A DNA stretch of 64,000 nucleotides from a virus: IMG/VR virus record IMGVR_UViG_3300033753_000334, positions 1 to 64,000 of that record; one strand, written 5' to 3'. Under the pieces are notes generated by a model. The model saw only the letters and a program-made list of their open reading frames with translations. It ran no database searches and was not told the DNA's origin. This document shows positions 40,270-47,474 of the stretch, in pieces (the stretch's first letter is position 1; each line of letters begins with the position of its first letter). Made by a program: the position numbers and the translations under genes.

Positions 40270-41312
40270 TTGAAGATTGTACAGTATGTTGGAATAACCA
40301 TTATATGCCTGTGTTTGCTGATATTAGGTGGGGTGTATGTGCAGCAGACGTTTTTTCCGTTTGAGCGGGGCGCAAAGACGGTGGGTGTGGATAAACAACC
40401 TGAGCCGGAAGTGAAGAAAGATGAACAGGTGAAGGTGGCAGAAAAAGTAGCAGAGACAGAGCGTGAGGAGAAGAAGAAAGGCGCGATTGTTAGTGGGCAG
40501 TTTGCTGTAATAAACAATCCTTGCTTTGCAGCGACTTCAGAGGAAGCGCAAGACGAAATGTATGCGTACATTAGAGAGGGGAATACAGATGGAATTATGA
40601 GAATGATGGTCAGATACGATATTTTCAAACTTCCTAAAGGAACGGGAGTGAATGTTGTTAAGCGTGGCTTTACAACGGCGGTGGTGGAAGTTGTAAATAC
40701 AGGTGAAGTCGGAATAGTCCCTGTGGAATTTTTGTCTCACCCTGATGATGAGCAGGTGGTTGGTGTTTCTAAAGGAGCAGATGTGACTAAACCATCAGCT
40801 TCTGCGTCTTCTCATCAAGCTAATAAGAACACTGGGAACAATCAAGTATCTTCTGTTGAACAATATTTCCGTGATTTGAAAACGTATGCAGGAAAAGGGC
40901 AGTTAAAGGGAGTAAGTGTAAAAATAGGAGATACACAAGATAAGGTAACAGCTAAATATAAAGAACCATTAGATACAACTTATTTTAACGGTGGGGATTG
41001 GCATGTGTACCCATCTTTCGTTATCATTTTCAACAAAAACGAAGAGGAAGAGACTAATAAAATAGTAGCGCTTGCGATTGACAAAGATAATATCAAGAAA
41101 AAACATGCTGATTTGACTTTTGCCCAAATCAAAAAATTCTTGGGAAACCATTTGAAGAAGCACACGACGAGGATAGTGGTGAAGGTGATAATGAGTGGCG
41201 CCTCGATTATAAAAGCGGTTCATATATACTTTCCTTTCGTGCTTATACTGAAAAAGGAAAAATAAAAGGGATTTACGTTTACAAATATAATCCTAATAGC
41301 AGACCTGCTTAA
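40270..41312 (+). pseudogene. Membrane-anchored exported protein (YjgB/DUF4309-like C-terminus) with a 1-nt frameshift at ~41145
   Basis: N-terminal TM helix; adding one A gives ..LGKPFEEAHDEDSG..YKSGSYILSF.., ending at 41312 just before the next gene. Confidence 0.55.
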
Positions 41313-41327
41313 AAATATATAGTAGAG

Positions 41328-42083
41328 GTGAGAATGATGAAAAAGTCAATTGGAAAACTTGTTTTGATTTTGTTGGTGGCAGTCGTATTATTTCCAGTTA
41401 CAGTATCGAATGGGGTAGTGGAAGCAGGAACGGACCCAGCGCTTGTTGACAATATGAAAAAGAAGAGTCGTCAGTTTTTCGATATGAAAGATGAGAATGG
41501 TGTGACGTATAACGTTTATATTTTCTCAAATAACGAAAAAAAGAAAGTGACAGGAAGAAGCGATATATGGGCAGGAGCAAGTGAAGGTGATATTTGGTAT
41601 ACAGGTGATTACCATATTGCTTTACGTAAGAAAGGAAGTAACGTTGTGCATATTCAACGATACGATGTAGTAGGATACGAGTATAACTATACAAGAAAAA
41701 TGATATACCTTCTTTCGTCCAAGAATATAGGGCAGCCAGATATTATTTCGTTCTCTACAACTGAGTGCTCGAATTGCAGAGAAGCAAGAATGTATTATAT
41801 AAAAGATGGGAGAATAGAGAGAGTTAAAATAAAAACTGATGATGATGTGGATGAAACACTGTGGTATTCAGAAAAGCCGAAGGTAATCGGTAAAAACTTG
41901 TATCAATCAGTGGTTTTTACAAATACAGAAGACATCGGAGTTCATTTCAACACCTACTCGTTTAATCCAAAAACAGGTGTTATGACACTGATTAAAACGA
42001 AGAGTTATATCAACGATCAACAAGAACTAGGCGATGCCATTTATAAAAAGTGGAAAGCGAGTCCTGCCTATGTAGTCAATTGA
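41328..42083 (+). CDS. Secreted hypothetical protein
   Basis: Signal peptide (MKKSIGKLVLILL...VEA). Confidence 0.75.
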   Translation: MRMMKKSIGKLVLILLVAVVLFPVTVSNGVVEAGTDPALVDNMKKKSRQFFDMKDENGVTYNVYIFSNNEKKKVTGRSDIWAGASEGDIWYTGDYHIALRKKGSNVVHIQRYDVVGYEYNYTRKMIYLLSSKNIGQPDIISFSTTECSNCREARMYYIKDGRIERVKIKTDDDVDETLWYSEKPKVIGKNLYQSVVFTNTEDIGVHFNTYSFNPKTGVMTLIKTKSYINDQQELGDAIYKKWKASPAYVVN

Positions 42084-42220
42084 ACTTTAACCAAAGAGGG
42101 CATCTGTCCTCTCTAATGTTTTCGCGTCGTATCATCACGGGTTGCGGCGGTTTCGTCGTTCTGAAAAAATGAGGATGAACTAACGGAATGAGACGAAGTT
42201 CCGCCGGCTCATCCTCAATT

Positions 42221-42658
42221 TTATGCTTCTGATTTCGCGGCGGCCTCTTCTCTTTCGTTTCCATTCACTGACTTGGACGACGTTACTGTCCTGTCTCGTT
42301 GGCGCACCTCACTTCCCTGGCCAAGCAACAAGCCTTCGATGATTCCCTCCACTTTGATTCGGTTCTCCCTGGTCAACCGCCGGAATTTGGCCAGAAACTC
42401 GATGTCTGCGGGAGAAAAATCCCCTCCGATTGCTTGCTCTGATATACGTGCGGATTTTTCACCCTCCCCTCTTAAAATCCAATCAGCCGAAACGTCAAAA
42501 AAATCGGATAACGCGATCAAAGCGTCGGCTCCAGGTTTAACCTTGTCCAACTCCCAGTCACCAACATTCCCGCGCGAAACGCCGATAGCCTCCGCCAAAT
42601 CCTTCTGACTAATTTTTTTGGTAGCCCGAAGCTCTTTGATCCTTTGGCCAATACTCAT
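42221..42658 (-). CDS. XRE-family transcriptional repressor
   Basis: IGQRIKELR..SQKDLAEAIGVSRGNVGDWE..P..LSDFFDVSADWIL.G. Confidence 0.92.
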   Translation of the reverse strand: MSIGQRIKELRATKKISQKDLAEAIGVSRGNVGDWELDKVKPGADALIALSDFFDVSADWILRGEGEKSARISEQAIGGDFSPADIEFLAKFRRLTRENRIKVEGIIEGLLLGQGSEVRQRDRTVTSSKSVNGNEREEAAAKSEA

Positions 42659-42699
42659 TAGATCACCCTCCGCATTAATATTCGAGCAATACAAGAAAA

Positions 42700-42757
42700 A
42701 TACACGTAAAATTACGCGTTTATTGTTGATTATACACTAATATACGTGTATTATATT
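42700..42757. promoter_or_regulatory. Divergent promoter with palindromic operators
   Basis: ACACGTAA-AA-TTACGCGT and ATACAC-N8-GTGTAT palindromes overlapping TTGATT-N17-TATTAT. Confidence 0.6.
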
Positions 42758-42818
42758 GGTAGATAGAAAACCACATCACAAACCGATTCTACCATACCGC
42801 AATAGGTGCAAACAGTCG

Positions 42819-42836
42819 AACCTTGACAACTGAATA
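42819..42836 (+). promoter_or_regulatory. BoxA-like antitermination motif AACCTTGACAACTGAATA
   Basis: Similar to the motif at 5845-63; in the leader of the cas12f operon. Confidence 0.5.
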
Positions 42837-42873
42837 GCAAGATTCAGTGGATATTTGTGAGGAGGGAAATCGT

Positions 42874-43371
42874 ATGAACCAAAAAACTGGTTTGCTAGAC
42901 GAGATGATGGCATTTTTGCTTCAACCTCATAGACTCACATACAAAGACGTATACACAGCACTTGATATACTCATTTTATGTCCGGAGTGGGAGCGAGAGC
43001 AAGCATGGGATATTTTGAAGGCGGTGACTCGTAGATACGAAATTGCCCCCGCTGATGATTGGCAGGAAGAAACAGGGGATTTTCTCGAAGATATGAAAAT
43101 TATTTTGGACAGACCGGAACGACCGGATGATATTGAACTGTACGATGCCATTATTTCGCTAATGTTGTGCCAGGAATCGGAACGCGAGGAAGCGTGGAAT
43201 ATCATGCGAGCTATCGTGTATCGGTATGAGAACGAGCCAATCGTTTCGACACAAGATGTAGTTGATGTAGAAGAGTTGTTTCAAGAAATATTTCGTCTGA
43301 TTAGCTTGGCAGAGCAGTTAAATCAAGAAGAAGTAGAATACTACGATGGCTATTCTGTGCTGGTGAGCTAA
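42874..43371 (+). CDS. Acidic protein with an internal duplication
   Basis: GGAGGG RBS; two copies of Y.A...L.LC.E.ERE.AW.I..A...RYE. Confidence 0.75.
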   Translation: MNQKTGLLDEMMAFLLQPHRLTYKDVYTALDILILCPEWEREQAWDILKAVTRRYEIAPADDWQEETGDFLEDMKIILDRPERPDDIELYDAIISLMLCQESEREEAWNIMRAIVYRYENEPIVSTQDVVDVEELFQEIFRLISLAEQLNQEEVEYYDGYSVLVS

Positions 43372-43389
43372 ACACAGGGCAGGAGTTGT

Positions 43390-43565
43390 TTGGGCTGATT
43401 CGGCAGCCTCAAGTCGAGAAGTGCGCTAGAAAGGATAGCGCAACACTCGATAAGGTACACGCTTATGCGTGGGAAACGTCATACATGAAAACCGTATGAC
43501 CACCATCGTCGGTCAGGAATGATGTGAAAGTATCAGGAGAGCGACGAATACAAAGAGCAGGAATA
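43390..43565 (+). ncRNA. Cas12f tracrRNA 1
   Basis: GTCGAGAAGTGC...CACTCGATAAGGTA core resembling the AsCas12f1 tracrRNA as recalled; anti-repeat TACAAAGAGCAGGAAT complementary to the array 1 repeat. Confidence 0.8.
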
Positions 43566-43648
43566 TCACAGTTTCTGCAAGATATGAGCAGAAAAGTGCA
43601 AGACATGCTGATGACCTGAAAATATAGAGGTTTCAAGGCTTCGCATGA

Positions 43649-43876
43649 GTTTCTGCTCGATGTAACTGGAGTGCGAAGTTGGCTCTTATCTTCCTGCCCG
43701 AGCAACAGTCCTTCGTTTCTGCTCGATGTAACTGGAGTGCGAAGATAATTTGATCGAGCTGTGCTTTTTCATCCAGCTTTGTTTCTGCTCGATGTAACTG
43801 GAGTGCGAAGGTAAGTAAGGTCGGCGATAATGGAAGGGAGAGCAGTGTTTCTGCTCAATGTAGCTGGGGTGCGAAG
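43649..43876 (+). CRISPR. CRISPR array 1: four 30-bp repeats (GTTTCTGCTCGATGTAACTGGAGTGCGAAG) and three 36-bp spacers
   Basis: Repeats start at 43649, 43715, 43781 and 43847; the last is degenerate (3 mismatches). Confidence 0.95.
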
Positions 43877-43908
43877 TTCAATGCAGCCAAAACAAGGGAG
43901 GCAAGAAA

Positions 43909-45177
43909 ATGAAACACACGAAAGTCATGCGCTATCAAATTATCAAACCAATCAACGACACGTGGGAAACGTTGGGACATGTTCTGCGAGAAATCCAGCG
44001 AGAGACACGCGCGGCGCTAAACAAGACTATTCAACTCGCTTGGGAATGGCAGGGATTCAGGGCAGAATATAAGCAACGTTATGAAGAATATCCAAAAACA
44101 AAAGATCATCTTGGATATTCAGCGCTGCATGGCTATGCCTACAATCGCCTGAAAGATGAGTTCTACCGAATGAACACAGCTAACCTATCCCAGACGGTTA
44201 AACGTGCGGCAGACAAGTGGAAATCCGACCTAAAAGACGTTATGCGCGGCGACAAGTCAATCGCCAGCTTTAAAAAAGATTGTCCGATTGATATCGTGTC
44301 CCAGGCGCTTAGAATTCGCAAAGATGGTAGTGACTATATTCTGACACTAAGCCTAGTGAGCATTAAATACAGAAAGGAACTGGAACGCAAGCAATCATCA
44401 TTTGATGTTCTGATAAGTGCAAATGATAAAACACAGCGTGATATTCTTGACAGGCTCATCGCTGGAGAATACAAGCTTGGAGCATCACAATTGCTCTATC
44501 ACAAGAAAAAATGGTTCGTTAATGTGAACTACCAGTTTGAGAAAGAAGAAACAGCATTCGACCAGGATAACATCATGGGTGTTGACCTGGGGATCGTCTA
44601 TCCGGTATACATGGCGTTCAATAACTCGTTACATCGGTATAAAATAGAAGGTGGGGAGATTGAACGGTTCCGAGCACAAGTAGAACGTCGGAAGAAACAA
44701 TTACTTCAGCAAGCCAAATACTGCGGCGAGGGGCGGCGTGGTCACGGAACGAAAACACGTATCCAGCCAATTGAAGTTGTCTCAGACAAAGTAGCCAATT
44801 TTCGAGATACAGTGAATCACCGATACTCACGCTATGTTGTGGATATGGCTATCAAGCATCGTTGCGGTACAATTCAGATGGAAGACTTGACTGGTATTGC
44901 AACAGACAATACTTTTTTGAAAAGTTGGCCGTACTATGATCTGCAACAGAAAATAGAATACAAGGCTCATGAAGCAGGTATACAAGTTGTCTATATCAAG
45001 CCTGATTATACAAGCCAACGTTGCTCGAAATGCGGTCATATTGAACGCGATAATCGAACAGAACAGGCGACATTTGAATGTAAGTCATGTGGCTTTAAGA
45101 CGAATGCTGATTTTAATGCAGCACGAAACATTGCCACAAAGGATATTGAGAAGATTATCGCAGAAACATTGAAATAA
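43909..45177 (+). CDS. cas12f1: Cas12f1 (type V-F) RNA-guided nuclease, 422 aa
   Basis: Collinear with the recalled AsCas12f1 sequence (QLAWEW.GF, NLSQT, GVDLG, GGEIE.FR, ANFRDT.NHRYSRY, QMEDL, YTSQRCS.CG, NAD.NAARNIA); D/E/D triad intact; flanked by tracrRNAs and arrays. Confidence 0.93.
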   Translation: MKHTKVMRYQIIKPINDTWETLGHVLREIQRETRAALNKTIQLAWEWQGFRAEYKQRYEEYPKTKDHLGYSALHGYAYNRLKDEFYRMNTANLSQTVKRAADKWKSDLKDVMRGDKSIASFKKDCPIDIVSQALRIRKDGSDYILTLSLVSIKYRKELERKQSSFDVLISANDKTQRDILDRLIAGEYKLGASQLLYHKKKWFVNVNYQFEKEETAFDQDNIMGVDLGIVYPVYMAFNNSLHRYKIEGGEIERFRAQVERRKKQLLQQAKYCGEGRRGHGTKTRIQPIEVVSDKVANFRDTVNHRYSRYVVDMAIKHRCGTIQMEDLTGIATDNTFLKSWPYYDLQQKIEYKAHEAGIQVVYIKPDYTSQRCSKCGHIERDNRTEQATFECKSCGFKTNADFNAARNIATKDIEKIIAETLK

Positions 45178-45194
45178 TGAGCTGTTTAAAAATT

Positions 45195-45371
45195 TTCGGG
45201 GCGATTCGGCGTCCTTGAGTCGAGAAGTGCTTTGGAAAGTACAAAGTGGCACTCGATAAGGTACACGCTTATGCGTGGGAAACGCTATGCATGAAAACCG
45301 CATAGCCACCATCGTCGACCGATAGTAGCGTCAAAACTACTGAGGATCGACGACATACAGAACGCAGGAAT
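45195..45371 (+). ncRNA. Cas12f tracrRNA 2 (diverged paralog)
   Basis: Shares an identical 35-bp block with tracrRNA 1, with compensatory stem changes; anti-repeat CATACAGAACGCAGGAA fits the array 2 repeat. Confidence 0.8.
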
Positions 45372-45453
45372 GACGGTAGGTTTTCGCATTCAAGCAGAGA
45401 TATCTTTCTGAATATAAGAAGCGAGAAAAGTAGTAATATCAAGCTACTTCGTG

Positions 45454-45552
45454 TTTTTCTGCGAAATGTATATGGAATGCGAAGGAGAACAAGGTAGAAC
45501 GATAAGTCTTGAGGAAGCCAAGTTTTCTGCGGAATGTATATGGAATGCGAAG
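45454..45552 (+). CRISPR. CRISPR mini-array 2: two ~31-bp repeats (TTTTCTGCG(A/G)AATGTATATGGAATGCGAAG) and one 37-bp spacer
   Basis: Repeats at 45454-84 and 45522-52. Confidence 0.85.
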
Positions 45553-45562
45553 AGGTGATCGC

Positions 45563-46171
45563 ATGTCACAGGTTAAAGTTTTTGACAATGCTAACGAACC
45601 ACACAAACGAAAACTTTTCTACGCCACAGGTATCGCAGGGGCGGAATGGAAAGAAGTCCCGGCACGTATCATCGAGCCATACTCTCCACCGACTCCATCC
45701 TTGCGTGTCAAAGAAAACAAAGTACTGAACGCTCCATCAGATTTAGTCGGCAGTACCACAGCAAGCTATCGAATGAAAGCGCGGCTACTATTCCAGACGC
45801 GGCAAGATTTGACTGCATACCTTGTTTATATCAATTATCCGCACAAGTTTTATGATGAGCGCGGCGTGATTTATATTGGCTCAGTCGATGACCACATTCC
45901 AAGTGTTCACGAAGGGTTGCAGCGTTACACAGTCGAAATTTCCATGCTTATGACAAGGAAAGACCAGTATGATAAGAAGTACGAGAATCCATTTTCTGAT
46001 ACGAATCCTGATGCATGGTATTACAAAGATTTACTGGAGCTTATTGACATGGGCGTTATCGCTGGAAAAACAGATACAACATTCCGGCCTAACGACTACA
46101 TTTCTCGTGCCGAGTTTGCCGCGCTGTTGAACAGGATACGCAGGCTTGCTGAGTTAACAATTCGGACATAG
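45563..46171 (+). CDS. Distal-tail-like protein with C-terminal SLH domain
   Basis: First structural-looking gene after the tape measure insert; FSD..WY..G.I.G..D.TFRPN..ISRAEFAALLNR. Confidence 0.7.
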   Translation: MSQVKVFDNANEPHKRKLFYATGIAGAEWKEVPARIIEPYSPPTPSLRVKENKVLNAPSDLVGSTTASYRMKARLLFQTRQDLTAYLVYINYPHKFYDERGVIYIGSVDDHIPSVHEGLQRYTVEISMLMTRKDQYDKKYENPFSDTNPDAWYYKDLLELIDMGVIAGKTDTTFRPNDYISRAEFAALLNRIRRLAELTIRT

Positions 46172-46184
46172 AGGGGGCGAAAGT

Positions 46185-47474
46185 GTGACAGTTAGAGGTT
46201 TTGTTGACGTAACCCCGGACAAATGGTTTTACGACGATGTCATGGACTGTGCGAATTACTTGCTGGAAGATGACTCGCCGTTGATAGTGGGGATTCCGTA
46301 TTGTTCATTCGAAGCTGGTAAGCCAAATCATACACAGGAATTCAAAGGGAATGGACAGTCAGTGTTTACACTAGACAAAGCATTAACAATAACGCCGGAT
46401 AACCCATTATTCGTATATATTGACGGTGTGCAGACGTTCTACAAGGAAGCCAAAATCGAGGGGAGCAAAACGAAAGTAACGCTCTATTCTCCTGTTACCA
46501 ATGCACAATCGATTTTGTTTAAATATATCGGTTCCCCGCGAATGAAACCGGACAAAAAACCATACGGTGATTGTGGGTCGGTTGAATACCCACATTATCA
46601 ATTACAGTTCGGCAAAGAGGCAGATAAATCGATTTATCAGTACGTTTATAATCTCGATGGAAGGGGCTTCAGTGAAGTTGTATCATGCTTCGGAACACAG
46701 TTGAAACGAATCCGTATTTCAGAGGGTGAGTGGTACCTTTCCAATCACAATGAACTGCTGGCGAAGTATATAGGTGATAAACCAAACCTCTACACTATAA
46801 CACCGGGCGGTATTGTCTACTGTTCGTTCAACGTGGCTAATATGAAATGCAAAATCCGTTATCAGATGAAAGTGAGAGGGATTCTTGTAACGACTGGTGG
46901 CGAGTTTATTCCCGCATCTCAAAAAGTGAAGTATCTGGACCGTTTCTTCCCAGATGGGCAGTTGACGCGGGCAGAAGGTTTTTCAATCATTGACAGATTG
47001 CGACGTTCTTATTATCAGCGTTTTACTGACGCAGAGCCACCTGGTGCGACGATAGATGATACTTTCGTCGTTGAAGATTGTCAGGACACGTTTGTAACTT
47101 CGTCACGCTTCAGGATCGGAGAACCGTTGGAAGTGAAAGTGAATGGTTTTTTAAAAACGTTGGGAATTGATTATATTCAGGTTAATGACCATGCTGTTCA
47201 GTTTAAGTATTTGCTTCCAGCAGGAGCTGTTGTCACTATTAAACGAATAAAGAAGGAAAGTCATTTTGCGGATAGAGATTCACTAGGAGCATGGTACAAG
47301 GATGCGGTTATCTCAATGGAAAATGAACGAACGAGAGCAGGAGAACCGCTGATCGAAGGTGTTTTAAGTGGAGGACAGTTGTATTTTGACGGAGAATCCT
47401 ATATGACTCGTGCCCAAGCAATAGTGCTGCTCAACAGGTTCAGAAAATGGGCAATCGAAACGTTCAAGGGTTAG
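46185..47474 (+). CDS. Tail protein with split SLH motifs
   Basis: FVDV.PDKWFYD, FFPDGQLTRAE and YMTRAQAIVLLNR. Confidence 0.65.
   Translation: MTVRGFVDVTPDKWFYDDVMDCANYLLEDDSPLIVGIPYCSFEAGKPNHTQEFKGNGQSVFTLDKALTITPDNPLFVYIDGVQTFYKEAKIEGSKTKVTLYSPVTNAQSILFKYIGSPRMKPDKKPYGDCGSVEYPHYQLQFGKEADKSIYQYVYNLDGRGFSEVVSCFGTQLKRIRISEGEWYLSNHNELLAKYIGDKPNLYTITPGGIVYCSFNVANMKCKIRYQMKVRGILVTTGGEFIPASQKVKYLDRFFPDGQLTRAEGFSIIDRLRRSYYQRFTDAEPPGATIDDTFVVEDCQDTFVTSSRFRIGEPLEVKVNGFLKTLGIDYIQVNDHAVQFKYLLPAGAVVTIKRIKKESHFADRDSLGAWYKDAVISMENERTRAGEPLIEGVLSGGQLYFDGESYMTRAQAIVLLNRFRKWAIETFKG

Noticed and set aside
42130-42220. Third tracrRNA or riboswitch
   Set aside because: Lacks the tracr core; the hairpin GAGGATGA/TCATCCTC fits a terminator between convergent genes
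43745-43780. Spacer 2 (reverse complement KLDEKAQ) resembles KLDEAQ in the tape measure gene
   Set aside because: Needs a gap and several mismatches. No convincing self-target seen for spacers 2, 3 or the array 2 spacer, though a by-eye search is not exhaustive
43811-43846. Spacer 3 reverse complement encodes TALPSII, similar to QALPSIL in the terS ORF
   Set aside because: Only five residues match and nucleotide identity is low; could be chance, needs a database search
43909-45177. Could be an ordinary IS605 TnpB or a dead regulator (TldR/dCas12f)
   Set aside because: Flanked by CRISPR repeats and tracrRNAs, no IS end hairpin or tnpA, and catalytic residues intact
45509-45562. ORF-track start at 45509
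   Set aside because: Lies in the CRISPR spacer/repeat; the RBS supports ATG 45563
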